Source: Elusimicrobiota bacterium
GTDB taxonomy: Bacteria > Elusimicrobiota > Elusimicrobia > UBA1565 > UBA9628
Assembly (NCBI GenBank): GCA_016191335.1
Contig: JACPOW010000010.1
Location: 34,469 to 98,468 of the forward strand
Direction: 5' to 3'
Length of the DNA: 64,000 nucleotides
Shown here: positions 1 to 8,726 of the stretch, one piece after another
Position numbering within the stretch: position 1 is the stretch's first letter
Layout: each line of letters starts with the position of its first letter
The notes under the pieces: model-generated
Databases searched by the model: none
What the model saw: the letters and a program-made list of their open reading frames with translations, nothing else
What the model was told of the DNA's origin: nothing
Made by a program: the position numbers and the translations under genes

Positions 1-924
1 CGGGGTAACATACGTCCATTGCAGATTCCCTGCCCCATCCGTAGTGAGGACTTGGCCAGCCAGTCCGTCGGCGGGAGGCAATTTGTAAGTGACCGCGGAA
101 GTGGCGTTCCCTGCCTGCAAAATGGTCGCATTAGGGCTAGCCGAGTTGTAGAGCTTCAACCCGCCCGTGGTAGCGCTAGCTTGTCCTGAGGTTACGACGC
201 CGTCGACATGCATTTTTGTCTCCGGCGAAGCCGCTCCGACCCCTACATTCCCGCCGCCGCTGAGCAAGATATTTTTGTTGGCTCCTGCTTCAAGATTCAG
301 ATTCCCCGCGGAAGGGTCTTGCGTCTTGATGAATGCGTCACCTGTCTCGAACGCGATCGTGTTCGGCACTCCGCCCGTCGCGGGATTCTCCCCGAGGATG
401 ATCGTGTGATTCCCGACTTTGAGTGACCCGGTGACTGTAGCGCCTGAAGCGATAAGGCCGGTGACGGCGATAGTCGTCACGTTGACCTGAGTGACATTGA
501 GGACCACCGGCTGGGCAGTCGTGGCCTCAAGAAGAGAGCCGGCCTTCGTTGCGTAAGACGCCGAGTCGCTTCTAAAGGAGTAGCCGACGCTGACGACTCG
601 CTGGCGAGGGAGCGTCTGCGCGCCGACCTGGACCTCGATGTAGCGGTCGCCGCCGTCGAACACGAAGAGCGGAATGCCGCCCGTCGTCGCGTCGCCGACC
701 AGGACGTTGAAAGCTCCGGTTGAGACATTCACGCTCCGGCTTTCCGCGAAGAGCTGGTTCCCTCCGCTGGCCGCGTCGAAGATTTTAAAGGTCATCACCC
801 GGCTGCCGTTGACGAGCGCGCCGGATTCAAGAAGCCGTCCCTGGAAATTCAGGACCTGAGGAACGCACCAGGCCGAAGGCGCCAAGCCGCCCAGCAGGCT
901 GATGGTCAAAATGAACTTTCTCAT
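1..924 (-). CDS. Secreted fibre/adhesin-like protein, truncated at the window start
   Basis: Not in the ORF track because it runs off the window. ATG at 924 with AGGAG upstream. Reads MRKFILTISLLGGLAPSAWC-VPQVLNFQGRL (signal peptide plus an N-terminal module typical of tail-fibre-like secreted proteins), then GNVGVGAASPETKMHVDG and YKLPPADGLAGQVLTTDGAGNLQW fibre-type motifs. Confidence 0.75.
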   Translation of the reverse strand, partial: MRKFILTISLLGGLAPSAWCVPQVLNFQGRLLESGALVNGSRVMTFKIFDAASGGNQLFAESRSVNVSTGAFNVLVGDATTGGIPLFVFDGGDRYIEVQVGAQTLPRQRVVSVGYSFRSDSASYATKAGSLLEATTAQPVVLNVTQVNVTTIAVTGLIASGATVTGSLKVGNHTIILGENPATGGVPNTIAFETGDAFIKTQDPSAGNLNLEAGANKNILLSGGGNVGVGAASPETKMHVDGVVTSGQASATTGGLKLYNSASPNATILQAGNATSAVTYKLPPADGLAGQVLTTDGAGNLQWTYVTP

Positions 925-935
925 GGGGATTCTCC

Positions 936-1826
936 TCAGAACCTCGTACCGAGAGTAAATCTGTGCGTCCGGCCTAATTCGCCCGAGGGCAGCACGGCGT
1001 AGTCAATATTCCATTTTTCGTTCCGGAAGCCCAGGCCCAGCGTCAGACCCCGCGCCGCGTCAAAGCCCGATCCGCCGGTGATCGACGTCTGCGTCGTAAA
1101 GCCCGCGCGCAGATAGAGGTTCTTGATAGTCTGGTGCTCGCCGCCGAACGAGGCGTCCGTACCCGCGCCGCGCGGCCCGTTAACGACCTCGACCGCCGCA
1201 GCGTGACCTCCCGCGAACTTGTAGGCCGCACCAGCGGCCAATCTCAGCGGCAGATCGTTGCGCTGGTCCTGAAACTTGAGACCGGGACCGAGATTGCGAA
1301 GAGCTGCGCCGACGCTCACCCGGTCGAACGCGCGCTTCGCCCCGATATCCACGGCCACGCCCTGCGCCTCGGTCGAGCCGATATGGCTGCGCAGGTACTT
1401 GACCGTGGCCCCTAGATCGGCGATCTCAAGTTTGCGGGCGTAGCCCAGGCTTAACGCTGCGTCCGAAGCGTCGTAGCCCGCCGTCTGGCGGCCGAGGCTG
1501 TCGCGGCCGTCGATCTTGCTTTGGCTTAAGTAGGTGAGCCCCGCTGCGAACGTGCCGTGGCTCGTCGGATGCGCGTAGGCCAGGAAGTCGAGGCGCGTGC
1601 TCTCGAACATCTCCGCGTGGCTGGCCGTGAACTCGCGTTTCTCGAGCTTGGAGAGCCCCGCCGGGTTCCAGTAGAGCGCGTTGGCGTCATCGGCCAGCGC
1701 CGTATAGGCCCCGCCCATACCCAGGCCGCGCGCGCCCACGCCGATGTTCAGGAATGAAGCTGTTTCGGCCGCCCAAGTGGCCTGGGAGGTGAGGACGAGC
1801 AGTCCGGCGAGCGCGAGTTTTCTCAT
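936..1826 (-). CDS. PorV/PorQ-like (UPF0164) outer-membrane beta-barrel protein
   Basis: Signal peptide; FLNIGVGARGLGMGGAYTALADDANALYWNPAGL signature; alternating beta-strands; C-terminal Phe. Confidence 0.85.
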   Translation of the reverse strand: MRKLALAGLLVLTSQATWAAETASFLNIGVGARGLGMGGAYTALADDANALYWNPAGLSKLEKREFTASHAEMFESTRLDFLAYAHPTSHGTFAAGLTYLSQSKIDGRDSLGRQTAGYDASDAALSLGYARKLEIADLGATVKYLRSHIGSTEAQGVAVDIGAKRAFDRVSVGAALRNLGPGLKFQDQRNDLPLRLAAGAAYKFAGGHAAAVEVVNGPRGAGTDASFGGEHQTIKNLYLRAGFTTQTSITGGSGFDAARGLTLGLGFRNEKWNIDYAVLPSGELGRTHRFTLGTRF

Positions 1827-4800
1827 TTAGCGGATAACGCCGACTTTCCCGGTCTTGCGGATGTCTGACTGCCCGGCCTTCCTGGCCGTCATCACGAAGG
1901 TGTAGACACCCGAGCCGACGCCCGATGCACTCCAAATATGGTCGTAGGTATTCTGTACGCCTTTGCCGTTGCCGTCGTCGATCGCTCCCAAGAAGCGGAA
2001 GTCCGAGGACGAGTGAATCTTTCTACCCGAGAGGTCGTAGACGCGCACCTCGATCGAATCGACCGAGCCCGGCTGCATCCGGAAAGTAACGGCCGAGCCG
2101 TTCCGCGAAGGATTGGGGTAAGCGTAGCCGTCGCGCAGGCCGAAGTCGTCGAGGGCGGCCACGCCGATGCCGCCCAAGCCGCCCACTTGGTAGGCCGAAA
2201 AGTGATTCGTCTGGGCGTTGACGGTCTTGTTTTGCTTGTCCACCGTCGAGGGCATGACCTGCCAGTCCTTGAGCGTCGGGTTCCAGTAATAGACCTTGAG
2301 GTCGTCTTCCTTGATGCCCTGGGCAGCAATCAGATTGGCGTCGTAGGGTAACGTCAAGGTCACGGGTGTGCTGAAGGTCGTGCCCTCGGGGCCGTATTGG
2401 ACTTCTTCGGAAACGGCCGTGATCTTCATTTCCTTGCGCTTGGCGGTCTTCTGCTCCTTGTCCTGGTTCTCGTCGCCCTTGTCTACCGTGATCTCGAGGT
2501 CGGCGGCTAATGCGCCTTTGGGGACGTGGACGCCCGCGCCGTCGTCCCGCTCGATCTTTGCGCCGTCCTTGTGATCCACGACGCGCTTGGCCGCTTCGAT
2601 AGCCGGTGATGAGGCCGCCCCGCCGCTGGCAATGTGACCTGCGGTCGGCAAAGCGTAACGTACGATGCGGTCGCGGCCCGTGTCAGTGATCCAGATTGAG
2701 CCGTCGGGGGCCACGGCCGCGTCGATGGGCTGCGTGAGATAGCGCTTGGCATTCTTGTCGGTGTGGGACAACCCCGCCTTGCTTCCGAAAGCGAACAGAC
2801 CCTTGCCCTGCGGGTCGAACTTCTGGATCCGGTCGCGGTTAGGCTCGACGACGTAGAACGCTCCCAGGCGGTCCGAGGCCAGGCCCCGCGTACGCGAGAT
2901 TTCGCCCACGGCCGAGTCCGCGCTGCCGATGGTCTTGATCAGGCCGCCCGACCGGCTGAAGAGGTGGATAACCTCAAGCTCTTTGTCCGAGACCCACAGG
3001 CCTTCGGAGGTGAGCGCTATGCCGCGAATCTCGGACGTTGAGAGAAGCACGCTTTGGCCGAACTGGCGCTGGAAGATTCCCAAGGAATCGAACACCTGGA
3101 CGCGGCGGTTGCCCGAGTCGGCCACGTAGATGTCGCCGTTGCCGTCCACTGCTACGTCGAAGGGATGCCTCAGTTCTCCGGCGCCCGACCCGGATTTGGG
3201 CCGGCCCTGGCCGTCCGTCTTGCCGAGTTGGAGCAGAAGGGTCTGCCCGTTGGGGGAGAGCTTCACCACGCGGTCGAGATCCCTGTCGGCCACGTACAGG
3301 TTGCCGGCCGCATCCAGCGCCAAGCCCTGCGGGGTCTTGAAGGTCAGGCCGCCCGAATCCTCGTCCTCGTCGTCTTTGTCCTTCTTGCCATGCTCCTTCT
3401 TCTGCCCGCTATGCCCCGGTGCCTGGCCTGCCTCGCCGAGCAGGACTCCTTCAGGGCTGATCAGAAGGATCTTGTCGTTCTCCGTGCTCGCGACCCAGAT
3501 CGCTCCGTCCGAGCGAACCGCGATTCCCGTCGGCCCTTTGAGCGTCGATACGATTGCGTCCGAATCCTTGCGACCGATCGCGAAGCTCCTGACCGGCACG
3601 CCCACGAAAACGGCCGCAGTCGCCGAGGCGGCGTTCCCGAAGGTATCGACCGCGCGCAAGCGCAAAGTCTGAGAGCCTGAAAGCGAAATCGTGTTCCATA
3701 TGGAGATAAGGCCCGAGAGGTTGCCCGCGCCGGAAGCAATCGTCGTAAAGCCGCCGGTCGCCGCCGTGCCGGGTGCGGATTCAAGAGTCCAATTCACGGC
3801 GCTGGCGTCCGAGACCGCGCCGCGCACGTTCACGGCTCCTCCGATAGCCTGCTCGACGCCGAGGCCCGAGGCGCCGGGATAATCCAGGCGAACGAGCGGC
3901 GGCATCGTGTCGGAGGACGGGCTCGTAACGATGACGGAGACGGTCTTCGCTGCTTCCTGATTGCCCGCACGGTCGCTGCTGCGGAATATGAGCGCGTGGC
4001 TGCCCGGGCTGAGGAAGAACGCCGTCGCGAAGACGGCTTCGGCCGCGCCGTCTACGGAGTAGCGGGTCTCAAGGACGCCGGCGCCGGAGTCCGAGGCGGT
4101 GAAGCTTACGATGTCGGTCGAAGCGATGATGAGGTTCGTGCTTCCGGCGGCAAGCCCGTTGATGAGCAAAGTGGTCAGCGGCGGCAGGCTGTCGATAAAG
4201 AAGGTCGAGGAGGCGGAGGCGGCGTTGCCCGCCAAATCGGACACGGATGCTGTGACCGTGTGCGTGCCCTGCGCGAAGGCGGCGCCGGGCGTGAAGCTCG
4301 CTGAGGAGGCGATGATCGTGGCCGAGGAGGTCAGGTCCTGGCCATCGAGGTCCAGACGCACGGAGGCAGGATCGACGCCTCGACCCAGGTCCGAGTAGGA
4401 GGCAACGAGCGTAGGCGTGGTCGTCGTGATCGTGCTGCCGTTAACGGGCGAGAGCGCCAGCGCAGGCGGCGTAGCGTCGAAGAGCAGTACATTGATCGAG
4501 ACGGTTCTTTCGGGTTCGGCGTTGCCCGCGCCGTCCACGCTATGGAAAGCAAGAGTGTGTGCGCCCGCAGCTAGGCTGAAGGTCGAGACGAATACGGTCT
4601 CGGTCGAGCCATCGAGCGCGTAGCGCGTTTCGAGGACGCCGACCCCGGAGTCGATCGCGGAGAAGCCCAGCGAATCGGTCGAGACAAGGAGCAAGCTCGT
4701 CGCGGAAGAAACCAGGCCATTCACAAAGAGTACCGTTGCCGGGGGCTGTCGATCTCCGCTGACATAAATGTAACCGAGCCCAAGGTCGATGTCCTGGGTC

Positions 4801-5033
4801 GAAGATACCCCGATGATCGCTTGGCCTCCCGACGTTTCTAGGGTTGTCCCGCCGGCCTCCGAATTAGCGCCGGTTTCGGTGAGAGCCGCCGCCTCCAACT
4901 CAAACTGGGCTGCGGCCTCGGGAGCCGTCAGGCATAAAGGTAGGAGCGCCAACAGCAGACTCCATGTGCAGGTGCGCGATTTGAATCCCATTGGCCCCGC
5001 AGAGAGGGTAGGCGAGACCGAGCGGAACCGCAA
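1827..5033 (-). CDS. Large secreted protein with Ig-like repeats, an NHL beta-propeller, a ZU5-like domain and a T9SS type A-like C-terminal domain
   Basis: Duplicated DSGxGVLETRYxxDG...DxAGN modules; NHL repeats (PTGIAV, PQGLALD, PFDVAVD, PIDAAVAPDG); FSTPVTLTLPY...TNHFS; C-terminal YPNP...VYDLSGR...SGVY...KVGVIR. Start is TTG 5033 (AAGGGGG upstream) or ATG 4991. Confidence 0.8.
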   Translation of the reverse strand: MRFRSVSPTLSAGPMGFKSRTCTWSLLLALLPLCLTAPEAAAQFELEAAALTETGANSEAGGTTLETSGGQAIIGVSSTQDIDLGLGYIYVSGDRQPPATVLFVNGLVSSATSLLLVSTDSLGFSAIDSGVGVLETRYALDGSTETVFVSTFSLAAGAHTLAFHSVDGAGNAEPERTVSINVLLFDATPPALALSPVNGSTITTTTPTLVASYSDLGRGVDPASVRLDLDGQDLTSSATIIASSASFTPGAAFAQGTHTVTASVSDLAGNAASASSTFFIDSLPPLTTLLINGLAAGSTNLIIASTDIVSFTASDSGAGVLETRYSVDGAAEAVFATAFFLSPGSHALIFRSSDRAGNQEAAKTVSVIVTSPSSDTMPPLVRLDYPGASGLGVEQAIGGAVNVRGAVSDASAVNWTLESAPGTAATGGFTTIASGAGNLSGLISIWNTISLSGSQTLRLRAVDTFGNAASATAAVFVGVPVRSFAIGRKDSDAIVSTLKGPTGIAVRSDGAIWVASTENDKILLISPEGVLLGEAGQAPGHSGQKKEHGKKDKDDEDEDSGGLTFKTPQGLALDAAGNLYVADRDLDRVVKLSPNGQTLLLQLGKTDGQGRPKSGSGAGELRHPFDVAVDGNGDIYVADSGNRRVQVFDSLGIFQRQFGQSVLLSTSEIRGIALTSEGLWVSDKELEVIHLFSRSGGLIKTIGSADSAVGEISRTRGLASDRLGAFYVVEPNRDRIQKFDPQGKGLFAFGSKAGLSHTDKNAKRYLTQPIDAAVAPDGSIWITDTGRDRIVRYALPTAGHIASGGAASSPAIEAAKRVVDHKDGAKIERDDGAGVHVPKGALAADLEITVDKGDENQDKEQKTAKRKEMKITAVSEEVQYGPEGTTFSTPVTLTLPYDANLIAAQGIKEDDLKVYYWNPTLKDWQVMPSTVDKQNKTVNAQTNHFSAYQVGGLGGIGVAALDDFGLRDGYAYPNPSRNGSAVTFRMQPGSVDSIEVRVYDLSGRKIHSSSDFRFLGAIDDGNGKGVQNTYDHIWSASGVGSGVYTFVMTARKAGQSDIRKTGKVGVIR

Positions 5034-5087
5034 GACCCCCTTACGGCGGCCGGGATCATCGACGGAGAAATCAGCGCTTTGGTCCGA

Positions 5088-5109
5088 CCTTCACTTTTCC
5101 TTCACATTT
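5088..5109 (-). promoter_or_regulatory. 11-bp tandem direct repeat, candidate OmpR/PhoB-family binding site
   Basis: CCTTCACTTTT CCTTCACATTT in tandem, upstream of the secreted-protein operon and next to an OmpR-type regulator gene. Confidence 0.5.
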
Positions 5110-5192
5110 CTCCTGAGGGCAGTCATGGGTTGACTGCTGCGCTCAGGGCCAGAAGCGTGGACGAGGAGGGCAATATTTGCGCGTCATCAAGG

Positions 5193-6392
5193 TCAGCGCG
5201 TATCGCCGATGGACTTCGCACCAGTCTCAGTTCGTTGCGCGCGATCGGGATTGAATCTGTAGCCCTCGCTTCGGACCGACTCGACCAGATTACTGAAACG
5301 GCCGAGCTTGTGCTTGAGGTTGCTCACGTGCTTACGCAGTTTTTCGGAACCGAGCTCCGGCCACGCACTGTAAAGCTTTTTAAAGATGACCCTGTGGGGC
5401 ACCGGGTTCCCATTGGCGCTCATGAGCAAGGCAAAGAATGCGCTTTCCGTGGGCGTCAAATGGATGTCGGTGCCATCCGGAATTCCGAGACGATGTTTCT
5501 TCATATCCAAGCAGATTCCATTCACTCGGATGACTCCGCGCGCATCGGCTTGAAAGCGATGCCGCCAAAGCATGCGCCTGATGCGGGCTTGCAGTCGGAG
5601 CGGCGGCGTCGTTTTGACGAGGTAGTCATCCGCGCCGATCCCAAAACAGGCGGCTTCCTGCTTGATTCTCGGGTCTCCAGTCAGGATAAGAATCGGGAGG
5701 GAGAAGGTCCTTTCCTGCTCCCGAAGTCTTCGGCAGACTTCGCGGCCGTCGATTCCCGGCATGTTCAAGTCCAAGACGGCGAGATCCGGCATCTCGCTGG
5801 CCGCCAGGCGCAGCCCTTGGGCTCCTGTCGAGGCCCAAAGGATGCGGCAGTTCATGGCGCGCAGAACGACGCTTAACAGCTCGGAGGTTTCGGGCTCGTC
5901 GTCAACAACGAGAATCGTATGTTGATATTCGGGACCCGCTTCAGCATCCAAGGGCAAGCCAGTTGTGATGCCGTTGATCCTGCGTTTAGCTGAAGCGGCC
6001 ATCTGCATCGGAATCAGCGCTTCGATGTGCCTTAGAAGCGGCTTTTCGTCTAGAGACATCTCTCCAATCCGGGCTTTGTCCAAGAAGAAGTCGGCTCCGG
6101 TTTTCAACGCATTCCGCCGATCCTTAGGCGACGGGTTCTCACCCGAAACGATGATGACGGGAACCTTATTCGTGCCATGATGGCGTTTGAGGGCCTTTAA
6201 GGTGTCGTGCCCTGAAAGACCTTCGCCAAGGACCCAGTCGAGGAGAATCAGATCGGGCTTATTGTCGGCGCAAAGCCGGATCGCGTCCATGCCGCTGCTG
6301 ACATGGATAGAATCGAGGCCGTAGGCCTTGAGATGTTGCGAAAGAAAGCGCGAATAGAGAGGATCGTCATCAACGACTAAGATTCGAGGCAA
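5193..6392 (-). CDS. Response regulator with two receiver domains and an OmpR/PhoB winged helix
   Basis: RILVVDDD...PDLILLDW and TILVVDDE...PDLAVLDLNMPGIDG...GADDYLVK; LTPTE...HVSNLKHKL...VRSEGYRF. TTG 6392 follows GGAGG. The ORF-track ATG at 6416 overlaps a TATAAT. Confidence 0.9.
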   Translation of the reverse strand: MPRILVVDDDPLYSRFLSQHLKAYGLDSIHVSSGMDAIRLCADNKPDLILLDWVLGEGLSGHDTLKALKRHHGTNKVPVIIVSGENPSPKDRRNALKTGADFFLDKARIGEMSLDEKPLLRHIEALIPMQMAASAKRRINGITTGLPLDAEAGPEYQHTILVVDDEPETSELLSVVLRAMNCRILWASTGAQGLRLAASEMPDLAVLDLNMPGIDGREVCRRLREQERTFSLPILILTGDPRIKQEAACFGIGADDYLVKTTPPLRLQARIRRMLWRHRFQADARGVIRVNGICLDMKKHRLGIPDGTDIHLTPTESAFFALLMSANGNPVPHRVIFKKLYSAWPELGSEKLRKHVSNLKHKLGRFSNLVESVRSEGYRFNPDRAQRTETGAKSIGDTR

Positions 6393-6533
6393 GGGCCCTC
6401 CCCGGAATGGGCCCATTATAGCTATTGCGTGCGAAGAACGGACGGCGGCCTGTCGCTGTCATTCGGACTCACAGAGCAAGATGAAGACTCACGCCGCTTC
6501 CTTAGCGGTAAAGAAGTCTTGGACTCATTACAA

Positions 6534-8726
6534 CTAGCGCCGACGCGAGCGCAGGGCCGCGAGCGAGCGCGCCGCGGCGGCGTGGCCGGGGTCGAGGCGC
6601 AGGGCCTCGGAGAGGTGCTCCTCGGCGGCGGCCCAGTCCTTGCCCCAGGCCAGCACGGCGAGGTTATACCGCGTCTCCGCGAGCGGGTACAGGGCCAGGG
6701 CGCGCCGGTAATGCGCCTCGGCGCCGGCGGCGTCGCCCAGCTTCTCGTGGGCCACGCCGCTGTGGGTGGCGGACTCGGCGGCCTGGCGGCGCAGGCCGGA
6801 GACCACGGCGGGCAGGGCCCGGTAGCGCTCGGCGAGCTCGAGCTTCTCCGCGAACAGGCCGTCGGCGGCGGCGTAGGAAACGGCGGCCTCGGCCATGCGC
6901 CCGGTGCTCGCCTGGACGTAGCCGAGGAAGAGGGGGATGTCGGGGAACTGCCAGGAGGCGGCCCAGCCTTCCTGGAGGAGGGCCTCGGCCTCGCCGGAGC
7001 GGCGCTCGCGCTGGAGGGCGACCGCCTCGCGGAAGTCGGCGGCGGCGTAGCCCTCGATGAGGTCGCGCGTGAAGAAGTCGGGCGCGTCCTCGGCGCGGCG
7101 CGCGCCGCGGCGGACGAGCAGGTCGCGCGGCAGGCCGCCGGCGACGCCGGAGTACGCCTGCAGGAGGCCGCGGGGAGAGAGCCCCGGCGCGAGGGGCTCG
7201 GGAGGCTCGGCGTCCTGCGTCATCAGCACCGGGACGCCGGCGACGCCCAGCGCCTTCCAGCCCTCGGGGACGGCGAGGCTCGTGACGAGCAGCGCATGGT
7301 CGCGGCGGCGCCAGTCGGCCTGATACCACGGCGCGCCGGCCAGGCCCTGGGAGACGACGCGCAGGTCGGGGCGGCGCCCGGCGACGGTCTGGTAATGCCA
7401 CAGCGCGTACAGCGGGACGTCCTTCTTGGCGACGACGACGGAGCCGGAGGGCGCGGCGCGGAAGGCGTTGGCGGCGAAGTCGAGCGTGTGGAAGTGCGCG
7501 CGGCGGTCGAGGCGCTCGGGCACCGCGCGCGCCAGCGGCCAGGCCAGGACGGCCGCGACGGCTAAGGCGCGGCGATACTCGCCGAGGGAGGCGACGCCGC
7601 CGGCCAGCCAGAACAGGAGCACCGCGTCGGAGAGCAGGTAATGCGGGTCGATGATGGCGGCGGCGTGCGGGTTGGGCGGCATGTTGGCGAGGAACAGGAA
7701 GACGGGCCCGGCCCACCACCACGCGGCCAGGCGGCCGTAGAAGCGGGAGCGGTCGTGGCACAGGTCGGCGAACGCCCCGAGGGCGGCCAGCGCCAGGGCC
7801 GGCCCGAAGGCGTCCCACAGGTGCGCGCCCCACAGGCGCAGGTTGTCGGCGAACAGCTCGCCGACGCCGTAGTTGCGCGAGATGAGGTCGAGAGTGCCGC
7901 CGTAGCGCGTGCGCAGGAGGGAGTCGAGGAGGTTGGCCGGGGCGGCGGGGTGGTTCCAGTCGAGCAGCGGCCCCGTGGCCGAGCGCACGGGAAGGTACAG
8001 GTACACGGAGAGGCCCGCGAGGCCGGCGCCCACGCCCCAGGCGATCCGGCGCGCCGCGCCGTCGCCGCGCGCCCGCGCGAGGAAGGTGCCGGCGATGAGC
8101 GCGGCGGCGGGGAGGTTCGAGCCCGAGAGGGCGGAGACCGCGGGGAACAGGAACAGGGCCGCGCCGAGCCAGAGGCCGTCCTCGCCCCGGGCCGAGGGAC
8201 GGGAGGCGAGCGCCAGCCACACGAGGCCCGGAGCCAAGAGGATGAGGTCGAGACGGTTGGCGAGCAGAAGCCCGCACAGGTAGCAGAAAGCGGGCCACAG
8301 GCGCTCGGAGGGGTCCTCGGACAGGCGGCCGGCCAGCGCGATCAAGGCGACCGCGCTCAGGACCCACAGGGAGTACATCTCGGAGACCTGGGACACCGCC
8401 CAGAAGCCGGGGTTGAGGGCGAGGCACGCCGCGGCCGCGAGGCCCGCCCAGGCGCCTTTGCGCGGGCGGAGCGCGGCGAAGAGCAAAGCGCAGGCGGCGG
8501 CGCCGGCGACGGCGGAGAGGAGGTTGAGGCGGTAGGCGGGGTTGCCGAGCGGGACCAAGGACGCCAGGCGGCCGAGCAGGACGTACAGCGGGTAGCTCGT
8601 CGGGTGCGCGACGCCGAGCGTGGAGGCGGCCACGGTCATCTCCCCGGTGTCGCGCCACGGCGCCAGCACCGGGGGGAGCTTGGCCAGGTACAGCGCGAGG
8701 ACGCCGAGGAAGACGCCGAGGCTCAT
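6534..8726 (-). CDS. DUF2723 (TMEM260-like) membrane glycosyltransferase with C-terminal TPR
   Basis: RDTGEMTVAASTLGVAHPTSYPLY...RLNLLSA motif, SEMY, LDWNHP, many TM helices, TPR tail. ATG 8726 overlaps the upstream stop (ATGA). Confidence 0.85.
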   Translation of the reverse strand: MSLGVFLGVLALYLAKLPPVLAPWRDTGEMTVAASTLGVAHPTSYPLYVLLGRLASLVPLGNPAYRLNLLSAVAGAAACALLFAALRPRKGAWAGLAAAACLALNPGFWAVSQVSEMYSLWVLSAVALIALAGRLSEDPSERLWPAFCYLCGLLLANRLDLILLAPGLVWLALASRPSARGEDGLWLGAALFLFPAVSALSGSNLPAAALIAGTFLARARGDGAARRIAWGVGAGLAGLSVYLYLPVRSATGPLLDWNHPAAPANLLDSLLRTRYGGTLDLISRNYGVGELFADNLRLWGAHLWDAFGPALALAALGAFADLCHDRSRFYGRLAAWWWAGPVFLFLANMPPNPHAAAIIDPHYLLSDAVLLFWLAGGVASLGEYRRALAVAAVLAWPLARAVPERLDRRAHFHTLDFAANAFRAAPSGSVVVAKKDVPLYALWHYQTVAGRRPDLRVVSQGLAGAPWYQADWRRRDHALLVTSLAVPEGWKALGVAGVPVLMTQDAEPPEPLAPGLSPRGLLQAYSGVAGGLPRDLLVRRGARRAEDAPDFFTRDLIEGYAAADFREAVALQRERRSGEAEALLQEGWAASWQFPDIPLFLGYVQASTGRMAEAAVSYAAADGLFAEKLELAERYRALPAVVSGLRRQAAESATHSGVAHEKLGDAAGAEAHYRRALALYPLAETRYNLAVLAWGKDWAAAEEHLSEALRLDPGHAAAARSLAALRSRRR

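Noticed and set aside
1..924. Prophage tail gene
   Set aside because: It has a Sec signal peptide and sits in an operon with a PorV-like gene; no other phage genes occur in the window.
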